From Candidatus Limnocylindrales bacterium (GTDB lineage: Bacteria > Moduliflexota > Moduliflexia > Moduliflexales > JAUQPW01), in contig DATMBG010000037.1 of assembly GCA_035559535.1 (NCBI GenBank), positions 1-64,000 of the forward strand: a stretch of 64,000 nt of DNA, read 5' to 3'. Shown piece after piece: positions 9,971 through 19,111 of the stretch. Position 1 is the stretch's first letter. Every line of letters begins with the position of its first letter. The notes under the pieces are model-generated. The model saw only the letters and a program-made list of their open reading frames with translations. It searched no databases and was not told the origin of the DNA. The translations under genes and the position numbers were made by a program.

Positions 9971-11131
9971 ATGGCTTTTGAATTTGCGTTACCGGACTTA
10001 GGAGAAGGAATCACAGAAGGTGAGATCCGAGGGTGGCTGGTCAAAGAAGGGGATTTTGTTAAAGAGCACCAGCCTGTTTTGGAAATCGAAACGGATAAAG
10101 CAGTTGTGGAAGTTCCATCGCCTAAAGCAGGAAAAGTTTTGAAACTCAGTAGAAAAGAAGGTGAGGTCGTCCGGGTTGGGGAGGTTTTGATGATCCTTGG
10201 GAGAGAAGATGAGGTTATAGAAGCTGTTGAAGAATCTGTTTCCGTGGTAGGGGTACTTCCAGAAGGAGAAAAGGAAGTCCTCGCCGTTCCAGCCGTCAGG
10301 GCCCTGGCTAAAGAATTAGGCGTCAACCTAGAAACCCTTCAGGGTTCTGGTCCTGGGGGAAGTATTACGAGAGAAGATGTGATCCAGGCCTCCGAAAAGG
10401 CTAAAAAAATGGTCACAGACCTCTATGGGCCTGTGGAAGTAAGGCCAATTAAAGGGATAAGAAAAACCTTGATCAAAAACCTTCTAAAATCTAAGGGAAC
10501 AACTGCTTATGTAACCAGCATGGACGAAGCCGATGTAACCGATTTGTGGAATCTTAGGGAAAAGGAAAAGGAGGTTCTTCTTAAAAAAGGTATTCATTTA
10601 ACCTTTTTACCCTTTTTTATAAAAGCTGTACAACATGCCTTGATAGAACATCCTCTTTTTAATGCCTCCATAGATGAAGAAGAAGGAAAGATTATCCTCA
10701 AAAAATATTACCATATAGGTATTGCCGTAGATACTCCAGACGGATTAATGGTTCCTGTGATCAAAGAGGTAGATAAAAAGACGATCTTAATGCTGGCTGA
10801 AGAGATCCATAATCTGGGTGAGAAAGCCAGGCAGAGAAAGATCAGGCTGGAAGAAATGCGAGGCAGCACTTTTACCATAACGAACTATGGAAATTTAGGC
10901 GGAACCTTTGCAACCCCTATTATTAATTACCCTGATGTAGCTATTCTGGGTACCGGGAAGATCTCCGAGAAACCATGGGTAAAGGGGGGAGAGATTGTAA
11001 TTCGGAAAATTCTACCCCTTTCCTTGACGTTTGATCATCGAATAACCGATGGAGCTGAAGCAGCAAGGTTTTTGACAAAGATAATCCGTTATCTTGAAGA
11101 TCCAACATTGTTATTTATAGCAAGCGCATGA
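9971..11131 (+). CDS. pdhC: Dihydrolipoamide acyltransferase E2
   Basis: Lipoyl motif ETDKA, E3-binding PAVRALA, catalytic DHRITDG; ATG at 9971. Confidence 0.88.
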   Translation: MAFEFALPDLGEGITEGEIRGWLVKEGDFVKEHQPVLEIETDKAVVEVPSPKAGKVLKLSRKEGEVVRVGEVLMILGREDEVIEAVEESVSVVGVLPEGEKEVLAVPAVRALAKELGVNLETLQGSGPGGSITREDVIQASEKAKKMVTDLYGPVEVRPIKGIRKTLIKNLLKSKGTTAYVTSMDEADVTDLWNLREKEKEVLLKKGIHLTFLPFFIKAVQHALIEHPLFNASIDEEEGKIILKKYYHIGIAVDTPDGLMVPVIKEVDKKTILMLAEEIHNLGEKARQRKIRLEEMRGSTFTITNYGNLGGTFATPIINYPDVAILGTGKISEKPWVKGGEIVIRKILPLSLTFDHRITDGAEAARFLTKIIRYLEDPTLLFIASA

Positions 11132-12474
11132 ACCCCCTGGAATCTCTTTTTAACCCAAAATCCATTTCCCTTATTGGAGCAGCCCATACAGAGGCAAAAT
11201 TCGGTGGGATTATACTGAAAAATCTGCTTCGATTCAAAGGTAAAGTTTATCCGGTTAATCCAAACTATACCCACCTGATGGGCCTGAAAGCTTATCCATC
11301 TGTGGAAGAGTTGCCTGAATCGGTTGATCTTTCTATTATCATAAGGCCAGCACTCGAGGTACCTGAGATTTTGAAGGCCCATAAGGACAAGGCGAAATGT
11401 GTTATTATTATAAGCTCTGGCTTTGCAGAAATCGGGGAGAAAGATCGTCAGGATGAGATCTTGCATATAGCCAGAGAACTCAACATTCGAATCCTCGGCC
11501 CTAACTGTATTGGTATCTACAACCCCTACCAGAGGTTGGATACCTTGTTCCTTTCCTATGAAAGATTAAAAAGGCCTAAAAAAGGGAATATAGCCGTAGT
11601 TTCTCAGAGTGGTGCGATTTTAAGTTGTCTCTTTGGAGCGATCCGAAAGGCGAATATAGGTTTATCCAGGGCTATCCATTACGGTAATGCAGTGGATATT
11701 GATGAATCAGATATCTATGAATACCTTGCCAATAATGATGAGACAAGGGTTGTGATCTCTTATATAGAATCGGTAAGAGAGGGAAGAAAATTTATAGATC
11801 GAGCCCGCCTATTATCCGAAAAGAAACCTTTGTTAATCCTCAAATCAGGAAAAAGTTCAAGAGGCCAGGTCGCAGCCTACTCCCATACGGGAAGACTTGC
11901 AGGACGATACGAAGTATTTCATTCCATTTTGAGACAATTCCACATAAAGGAAGTGGAAGATTTTGACGAACTGATGGACGCAGCCAAAGCCATTTCCTAT
12001 CAAAAACCTTCTCCAGGTCAGCGTGTTCTTATTCTCACCAATGGAGGCGGTTCTGGAGTACTGGCGGCAGATGAGTGTATGCGGCAGAAGCTAGAGGTAA
12101 CTCCCTTACCAGAGAAGAGCTTAAAAATCCTTAAACCCTTATTTCCTTCTTTCTGCGTACTCAACAATCCCCTAGATCTCACCGCCCATGCCCGAGATGA
12201 AGACTATCTGACCGCACTCCATGAACTCAAAGAGGATTATGATGGTTTTGTAGTTATTTCCCTAACAGGGGTTACTGGAATTACAGAAAGGTTTATAGAC
12301 CTGTTAAAAGACTTTAAAATAAGTACACCTAAGCCCATCGTTTCCCATATCGCCTACGATAGTATATCCAGAAAATTAACCCTTCTTCTGGAAAAAATCG
12401 GAATACCCGTCTATCCGTCACCGGAAAGAGCTGTACGGGGATTAAAAGCACTTTTAAACCCATCACCATGCTAA
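11128..12474 (+). CDS. acdA: ADP-forming acetate/acyl-CoA ligase alpha subunit
   Basis: FNPKSI CoA-binding start, LGPNCIG, SQSGA, phospho-His SHTG, NNPLDLT. Confidence 0.85.
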   Translation: MNPLESLFNPKSISLIGAAHTEAKFGGIILKNLLRFKGKVYPVNPNYTHLMGLKAYPSVEELPESVDLSIIIRPALEVPEILKAHKDKAKCVIIISSGFAEIGEKDRQDEILHIARELNIRILGPNCIGIYNPYQRLDTLFLSYERLKRPKKGNIAVVSQSGAILSCLFGAIRKANIGLSRAIHYGNAVDIDESDIYEYLANNDETRVVISYIESVREGRKFIDRARLLSEKKPLLILKSGKSSRGQVAAYSHTGRLAGRYEVFHSILRQFHIKEVEDFDELMDAAKAISYQKPSPGQRVLILTNGGGSGVLAADECMRQKLEVTPLPEKSLKILKPLFPSFCVLNNPLDLTAHARDEDYLTALHELKEDYDGFVVISLTGVTGITERFIDLLKDFKISTPKPIVSHIAYDSISRKLTLLLEKIGIPVYPSPERAVRGLKALLNPSPC

Positions 12475-13178
12475 AGGACTTTATCGAAAAAAATAAAGGT
12501 AAGATGGTCTTTTTGGAACACGAAGTGAAAAGACTCTTGAAAGAAGCAGGGATCTCTGTGCCAAAAGGTTTATTTGTAAGTAAAGAAAAGGCAGAACAGC
12601 TTTCCACGATAGTCGATCTCTCTTACCCCCTCGTAGCTAAGGTTTCCTCTACAAAGATCTCTTCAAAAAGTAATGTTCAGGGAGTACGAATCGGACTAAA
12701 GAATGCGTGTGAGTTGAAAAAAGCTGTTACAGAACTTCTTCAAATAAAGGACGCAGAAGGTGTTCTTCTAGAAGAAATGGCTCCCCAAGGACTTGAGGTT
12801 ATTGTAGGTGGTATAGAGGATGAGCTATTTGGTCCTGTTGTTATGTTCGGCCTGGGAGGTATTTTTGTTGAATTGTTTAAAGATGTAGCCTTTGCTCTCG
12901 CACCTCTTACTGAAGAGGAAGCACTCTGGCTGATCCAGCAGGTTAAAGGTTATCAACTCCTGGAAGGCTATAGAGGAAGACCCTCTGTAGATAAAGATAC
13001 GCTTTTAAAGATTATAGTTACCATTTCTACGTTTATAGCAACAGGCCTGATCAAGGAAATAGATTTGAATCCCATAGCCCTCTATCCAGAAGGGGCAATG
13101 GTTCTGGATGCAAAGATGTTAGTCAACGCTCAAATTGGAAATCTGAGACCTAATAATAGTAATACCAACTCTCCCTGA
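12468..13178 (+). CDS. acdB: ADP-forming acetate/acyl-CoA ligase beta (ATP-grasp) subunit
   Basis: YPLVAK, FGPVVMFGLGGIFVE, EIDLNP. Confidence 0.85.
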   Translation: MLKDFIEKNKGKMVFLEHEVKRLLKEAGISVPKGLFVSKEKAEQLSTIVDLSYPLVAKVSSTKISSKSNVQGVRIGLKNACELKKAVTELLQIKDAEGVLLEEMAPQGLEVIVGGIEDELFGPVVMFGLGGIFVELFKDVAFALAPLTEEEALWLIQQVKGYQLLEGYRGRPSVDKDTLLKIIVTISTFIATGLIKEIDLNPIALYPEGAMVLDAKMLVNAQIGNLRPNNSNTNSP

Positions 13179-13289
13179 GACCCCCTGCAGGGGCAAGACC
13201 TGTCCCTGACGGAACAAATTAACGGAGCTCATGCGGATCTGTATTCCCCTCTTGGAAAACCTGAAAGCCTGACTGATATTCCATTAACT

Positions 13290-13799
13290 TTAACTCTTAA
13301 CTCTTCGGCCTATCTCCTTTATCTGCTCTTCGTTCAAACAGATTTGGGCCATAGGATAAAGTATCTGCTCTTCTCTGCGGATATGGGATCTGAAGGAGTT
13401 AATGAATTCAAATAGAGGATATTGGAGTCCTGAAACCTTCTCTGGATCCCATAAGTTATCCTTCCAATGGCCGAATATGCCAAGTAATTGAAAACCACGC
13501 TCAAGGATTTCTCTGTGCTCATCCCGCATAATGGTCGTACATCTCCTATCGAATAGGTTGTCCTCCATGACCTGAAATAACGCCTGTTCCTCCTTATAAA
13601 AATGGGAGCGGATCTTGTTATGCAGGCAACGAGCCAGCTCCATCATCTCATCCAGTTCTTGTTCGTTCGGGGTAAAGCCTAAAGCCTTATCTTGAGTCTG
13701 TCGAAGAACCATCTCAACTCTATCTTGTAAAATATCGATGTCCCTGGTTATCTCTTCATGTTCAATCAATAAAACCTTTATAGGATTTAGATTCTCCAT
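13290..13799 (-). CDS. Hemerythrin (HHE) domain protein
   Basis: EH...HFYKEE...EH...HIRREE. Confidence 0.85.
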   Translation of the reverse strand: MENLNPIKVLLIEHEEITRDIDILQDRVEMVLRQTQDKALGFTPNEQELDEMMELARCLHNKIRSHFYKEEQALFQVMEDNLFDRRCTTIMRDEHREILERGFQLLGIFGHWKDNLWDPEKVSGLQYPLFEFINSFRSHIRREEQILYPMAQICLNEEQIKEIGRRVKS

Positions 13800-14093
13800 T
13801 ACACCCTCCCATCGCTTTTTTAATCCTACCTTTTTTTCCTATCGGAAGACAAAATTACCAGTTCCCATCGCTGTAACCAATCGTCAGAGTTTAAAATACC
13901 GAAAGAATTTATCAATTTAGTACGGGAAAAAAGAACCATCCCCCTGCCCTCCCGGAGGGATTTAGTTTTAGTAAGGAAGACGTGTCGTAAGTCCCTCCCC
14001 TTTTTGAAGGGATGAGGTTACACTTACTAAACGGATATAGATACCGTCTAGGTTTTATATTAAACTTTATTATAGTGCTTTGTAAAGTTAATT

Positions 14094-15233
14094 CTATTTA
14101 TGATGTGAGGTTTTACCGGTCGATTTTAATACAGCATGGCCCGTGTTTGCAAGGAATAGCAGCAAAGCAATTGCATTAAGCAGCCCACCCCACTGACGTC
14201 CCGGTAACCAGCCGGACAGATCCCCAATTACTCGCAAGAGTAGTGAAAAATGCAACAGAGCCAGGTGGAGGTAAAAGGCCAACCGAAAAGGTACGGGTAA
14301 TCTTGTTATTGCAGGGAGGATGATGGGAGCATGACCGAAAATCATGGCAAAGACAAAACCGAGGAAGGTAGAGTGGAGTATGGCATCGTAATGCGGCCCG
14401 GCTACAACTCCGCCGAAGAGTAGGGCTAGCAGTCCGCTCACTCCCAGCCAGACGTAACCAGACAGCAGACATAGGGCAGTAAATCGGGTTAATCCGCTGT
14501 GATGTACGGTGCGCCGGGCGATGTCGTAGAACAGCAGCCATAACATCAGAGCAATCATCCCTATTCCTGCCAGACGGACTCCCATGTCATAGGTGATAGG
14601 GGTCAGGATAAGCCCGATCAGGAAGAGGCTGCCAGCTAACAGAAAAGCTCCCTGAATCCTTCGAGAAAGGAGAAGGAGGCGACTTAATTCCAGTCGCTCT
14701 CCAGCAATGGTTAATACCAGAAAGCCGATCCACCAGAAAACAATATGGTAAATCGGCCAGCCGATGAGCCACAAGATATTACCTGTCCACCAAACCAACG
14801 TCCCAAGTCCCGTAATAACTGTGAAGAGGGTGGGTTGGTGATAGATGATTTTCACAGAGGCAACTACCAGTCCTAAGCTGCCCAGGGTCATAAGTAAGGG
14901 GCCGGGTAAACCCGGTAATCCCATGATCAAGGCCAGGGCTCCTAAACCAGTCAGCAGGGGCGCTGCATAGACCCAACGATGCTTCAAGGCTACCGCCCGC
15001 TCTAAGCCAATAAGGGTTCCCAGGAATCCGGAAACCATCAAAGGACCATGGGCCGACAGTAAGGCAGGCTGCAGGAAAGGCAACTCCCAACCCAGACGTA
15101 CTAATCCTGTCCCCAGTCCAACCAGCAGGGAGAATATCCCCAAGACCATGAGGGGAAAACGGGTACGATGGGGGGGTTCTGGAGAGACATGGCTTGTGGA
15201 GTCTCTACCCGTCAGAGGATTATATCTGTCCAT
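14094..15233 (-). CDS. NnrS-like polytopic membrane protein
   Basis: About 12 TM helices, HGPLMVSGFLGTLIGLER, HSTFLGFVFAMIFGH; downstream of nirK. Confidence 0.6.
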   Translation of the reverse strand: MDRYNPLTGRDSTSHVSPEPPHRTRFPLMVLGIFSLLVGLGTGLVRLGWELPFLQPALLSAHGPLMVSGFLGTLIGLERAVALKHRWVYAAPLLTGLGALALIMGLPGLPGPLLMTLGSLGLVVASVKIIYHQPTLFTVITGLGTLVWWTGNILWLIGWPIYHIVFWWIGFLVLTIAGERLELSRLLLLSRRIQGAFLLAGSLFLIGLILTPITYDMGVRLAGIGMIALMLWLLFYDIARRTVHHSGLTRFTALCLLSGYVWLGVSGLLALLFGGVVAGPHYDAILHSTFLGFVFAMIFGHAPIILPAITRLPVPFRLAFYLHLALLHFSLLLRVIGDLSGWLPGRQWGGLLNAIALLLFLANTGHAVLKSTGKTSHHK

Positions 15234-15288
15234 GTCGGCTTTGCTTTTAATCGGAGAAGCGACTGGTGGGTCCTCCCCTCTCCTGTTG

Positions 15289-15375
15289 TACGACCAGATC
15301 TGATAGAGACTGTTGTATTCAAATGAGTAGGGGCGACCGGCCAGTCGCCCCTACTCTTCCATCAGAATGGGTATA
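15289..15375. repeat. MITE/REP-like element, same family as 7208
   Basis: ACCAGATCTGATAGAG...GAGTAGGGGCGACCGGCCAGTCGCCCCTACTC...CCATCAGAATGGGTATA. Confidence 0.65.
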
Positions 15376-15413
15376 AGCAGTTAGGGTAATCCTTCCAGAT
15401 ACGAGTTCAAAAT

Positions 15414-17063
15414 CTAGTGAAGGGAACTGGCCTGTTGAGTTTTTTCGTCGATATTCTGAGCGCCTTCCGGTCCTAATCTATGAAATACTTCAAGATTCTC
15501 CGGCCCTTCGGCCATCAGGAAACCTACCAGACCCCGTTCTAACCGCGAGAGGGCGTGGTCCACTAAGATGTAACGTCCAGGAACTTCCAGTTTAAACTCT
15601 ACCATGGCCGCCCCCCCGGGGGGTACCAGCGTTGTCTGCACATCGGTCAGGGGAGGAGCCGTGAGGGATGCCTGGTTATAAACCCGATCAAAGATTTCAC
15701 CAATCACATGGAAGGACGAAGTAAAGTTGGGACCTCCGACGCCAAAGAAGATACGTACCGTCTCCCCTACCTTGGCTTGCATAGGATATTCCTTGGTGAG
15801 AGCTCCAACTGCTCCATTCAATACGAAGTATTCAGGCGTTTCCGCCAGGAGTTTCTCTACACTGAATTCTTGATACCCATGTTTTCCAAAGGGATTTTGA
15901 GTATAAATCTCACCCTGCATCACATAAAACTCACGATTCACTTCAGGTAAGCCACCTTCCGGTTCTACCAGGATAAGACCGTACATCCCATTGGCAATGT
16001 GATGGGCTACCATGGGGGTTGCACAGTGATAGACGTAAAGGCCTGGATTCATCGCTTTAAAAGTAAAGGCTTTCTCTGTATTGGGAGAAGCCTGTGTTAC
16101 GGCTGCACCTCCGCCGGGGCCAGTCACTGCATGGAAATCTACCGAGTGGATCATTCGGCTATCTCCATGGTTTTTCAAATGGACTTCCACGGTATCGCCC
16201 ACACGTACCCGTATAAAGGGGCCTGGAACCTTGCCATTGTAAGTCCAGTAGGTGTAGGTGGTACCCTCTGCCAACTGCCCCTTCAGCTCTATAGTTTCTA
16301 GATCTACCCGTACTGTCTGAGCAGGACGGGTTCCAATGGGAGGGGGTAAATCCGTGGGATTACGAACGACGCTTACCCCCGCAGGAGAAATGATTTCTCC
16401 GGCTTCTCCAACAACGATTTTACCTTCCATTCCAGCTTGCCGATGACCGGGTAATGAGCAAAAGTAGGGGAACTCTCCTTTCTTAGTCACCCGGAATGTA
16501 ATTACACTACTGGCTCCTTTACGGGCAATCTCTTCAGACTTGGCATTAAAATCGGGAAAGGTAATATCATGTAAAACCCCATCCCCGTTAATCAAGGTAA
16601 CCTGTACCACATTATCCAACATAACCGGCAGGGTGGGATTCACAACCCCATCAATAGCTCCTCCTACGCCGATAAAGACAAGTTTTTCCTCGGCAAGGCT
16701 CGTCTTCAATGTGAAGGTAACATTAGGTGTGTAAGAGGTAGGACTTTTCTCTGTAGCAGAAGTATTCTCCCCACTCCTGGAGGCAGAGTCTGCGGGTTGG
16801 GATACAGTTTTCACACCTGTATCCGCAGATCTCGGCAGCCCTAAGGCATGTTCGTGGATCCCAGTACTTGTAGTACCCTTCGTGTCAAGGGTGGAATCCG
16901 CCGACTTGGATAAAGTTTTTACCTCTCTATCTGAAGATTGTGCAGAAATGGGAATATTCGTATTACCGAGATTATAAAGAACAATAGCAGCCACCACAAA
17001 GGCAACAAGAACCCCCATGGCCAACAGTGAAAGAATCCGATCATACTTATTGGCGTTGTTCAT
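15414..17063 (-). CDS. nirK: Copper-containing nitrite reductase with N-terminal TM anchor and extra cupredoxin domain
   Basis: HSVDFH, YHC, HIANGM, FHVIG, VDHA; extra H...CSLPGH...M site; ATG 17063 follows GAGGAGG. Confidence 0.95.
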   Translation of the reverse strand: MNNANKYDRILSLLAMGVLVAFVVAAIVLYNLGNTNIPISAQSSDREVKTLSKSADSTLDTKGTTSTGIHEHALGLPRSADTGVKTVSQPADSASRSGENTSATEKSPTSYTPNVTFTLKTSLAEEKLVFIGVGGAIDGVVNPTLPVMLDNVVQVTLINGDGVLHDITFPDFNAKSEEIARKGASSVITFRVTKKGEFPYFCSLPGHRQAGMEGKIVVGEAGEIISPAGVSVVRNPTDLPPPIGTRPAQTVRVDLETIELKGQLAEGTTYTYWTYNGKVPGPFIRVRVGDTVEVHLKNHGDSRMIHSVDFHAVTGPGGGAAVTQASPNTEKAFTFKAMNPGLYVYHCATPMVAHHIANGMYGLILVEPEGGLPEVNREFYVMQGEIYTQNPFGKHGYQEFSVEKLLAETPEYFVLNGAVGALTKEYPMQAKVGETVRIFFGVGGPNFTSSFHVIGEIFDRVYNQASLTAPPLTDVQTTLVPPGGAAMVEFKLEVPGRYILVDHALSRLERGLVGFLMAEGPENLEVFHRLGPEGAQNIDEKTQQASSLH

Positions 17064-17088
17064 ATCTATCTCCCTCCTCATTTCAAAT

Positions 17089-17571
17089 TTATCCATTTGA
17101 AAGATTTCTGCAACATATCTTATAACGCTCTTCAGGTATATTCTTCATAGCTGCAAAAATTGCTTCCCTCTCCGGATCAGAGAGGGATTTATCAATGGTG
17201 GGATAAAGAATATACTCCTCCTTTTGGTTATGCAAAGAAAGTACCGATAAAAGCATTTGCTCTTCTTCCTCACTATCAGGATCCTGCTTTTGAACCTTTT
17301 CATGAATCGCTTCTAAATGTTTTCTTATCTGCTCATGTTCTATCCGCATGACCCGGGTGGGACCACTGTAAGCCATACCGGTTTTTTGTTCAAACATGAG
17401 GAAAAGAATCTCCTCTTCCCAAACAATATGTCTTTGCAGGCCAAACTTAAATTCCTTGAAGAATTCTTTAGCTTTTGGATAATCCACCTTTTTAAGCCTT
17501 TGAAAATTTCTAAAAAGCTCATCTAAACGGTTATGGTCTTTTTCAAAGTAGGTCTTAATACTCTCTTCCAT
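17089..17571 (-). CDS. Hemerythrin (HHE) domain protein
   Basis: DH...HIVWEE...EH...HNQKEE. Confidence 0.85.
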   Translation of the reverse strand: MEESIKTYFEKDHNRLDELFRNFQRLKKVDYPKAKEFFKEFKFGLQRHIVWEEEILFLMFEQKTGMAYSGPTRVMRIEHEQIRKHLEAIHEKVQKQDPDSEEEEQMLLSVLSLHNQKEEYILYPTIDKSLSDPEREAIFAAMKNIPEERYKICCRNLSNG

Positions 17572-17731
17572 GATTATGATTCTCCTTTAGCTTGTATCCA
17601 TAGCAAGACAGGCAAATAGGATCATCCTGCCTCTACTTCAACCAGCTTGTTGCTTGCCTGTTTGTTTATTTCCTGACTTACTTACCCTCATAGATAAAAC
17701 TTATCCGACTTAATCTCACCAGAGTGAAAGG

Positions 17732-19111
17732 TCAGAAAGAGATACGGTATCGCTTTATCTTCCTATAAAGCGAGTCCCGGGAGATACCCAAGATCTCAGC
17801 CGCTTTGGATTTGTTTCCCCCGGCCACCCTTAAAGCCTGTTCAATGGCAAACTTCTCCACCTGTTCCAGGGAAAGCGCGGAAGTGCCATAAAGCGTAGCC
17901 TCTCTTGCCTGTTCAAAGTCTCCTTCCGATTTATGTTTCTTAAACATTGTTTTAATATCCTGCACCGTGAGATTCTCTTTTTTCTCCCCGGCTGTTGCTA
18001 TAATTCCTTCCATCATGCTTTCCAATTCCCGGACATTGCCGTAAAACGGATAGTCTTGAAGAAGGCCGAATACTTCCTTTTCTATCCTTAACCGGTGTCC
18101 ATATTTCTCTCCATATTTCCTTACAAACCTTTCCGCCAACAAGGGGATATCTTCCCTTCTCTCCCGCAAAGGGGGAATAACAATGGTCAACGTCGATATC
18201 CGATAATAAAGGTCTTCACGGAGGTACTGACCTTTAAGCTCCTCCACAGGTCGATTAGAAGCTGATAAAACCCGAACATCCACTTCTATTTCTCGGGTAT
18301 CTCCAATGGCTCGCACTCTCCCATCCTGAAGTACTCGAAGCAACTTAACCTGAGCGTCTTTAGGCATCTCGCTGATCTCATCCAGAAATAGAGTCCCTCC
18401 GGTAGCCGATACAAAAAGTCCTTTATGATCCCGGATGGCCCCTGTAAAAGAACCCTTCTTGTATCCAAAAAGCTCGCTCTCAATCAACTCTTTAGGTAGG
18501 GCTCCACAATTGATTGGCACAAAGGGTTTATCCCTCCTCTGACTCCTGCGATGAATTGCCCTTGCCAAAATCTCTTTGCCGGTTCCGGTCTCACCGATTA
18601 TCAGCACCGGGATGTCGGATTGGGAGGCTACCAAAGCCTTGTCAACAACCTCTCGCATCTTCCTAGAGATAGCAACGATTTCCTCAAACCCTGATATGCT
18701 ATCCACCTGATCCTGAAGCTTGGCCACTTTCTCTCTCAATTCGCACATCTCCACAGCCCGTCCTACCTTTTTCAGAATCATATTCTTATCAAATGGCTTT
18801 AAGATGAAATCGTCGGCTCCCCGCTTTATGGCCTCAACAGCTGTCTGGATGGTGCCATATCCGGTCATGAGAATGACGGCTATGTCAGGGTCCACCTCCT
18901 TGAGCTTCTCCATGAGGGCAATGCCATCGATCAACGGCATCATGAGATCTACCAGTGCCAGACTGATAGTACCCCCGGTCTTAAGGATCTCAAGAGCCTC
19001 CCCTCCAGATAGAGCCACAGAAACACCGTATCCGTTCTTTTCGAAGAGGCTAGCAAGGGTCTCGACCATCTCTCTATCGTCATCAACAATTAAAATTTTA
19101 GGCAATTCCAT
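17732..19111 (-). CDS. sigma54-dependent response regulator (NtrC family)
   Basis: Receiver DLMMP, GETGTGKE, ESELFG, GSFTGA, Fis HTH NKSKAAEILGISRDSLYRK. Confidence 0.95.
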   Translation of the reverse strand: MELPKILIVDDDREMVETLASLFEKNGYGVSVALSGGEALEILKTGGTISLALVDLMMPLIDGIALMEKLKEVDPDIAVILMTGYGTIQTAVEAIKRGADDFILKPFDKNMILKKVGRAVEMCELREKVAKLQDQVDSISGFEEIVAISRKMREVVDKALVASQSDIPVLIIGETGTGKEILARAIHRRSQRRDKPFVPINCGALPKELIESELFGYKKGSFTGAIRDHKGLFVSATGGTLFLDEISEMPKDAQVKLLRVLQDGRVRAIGDTREIEVDVRVLSASNRPVEELKGQYLREDLYYRISTLTIVIPPLRERREDIPLLAERFVRKYGEKYGHRLRIEKEVFGLLQDYPFYGNVRELESMMEGIIATAGEKKENLTVQDIKTMFKKHKSEGDFEQAREATLYGTSALSLEQVEKFAIEQALRVAGGNKSKAAEILGISRDSLYRKIKRYRISF

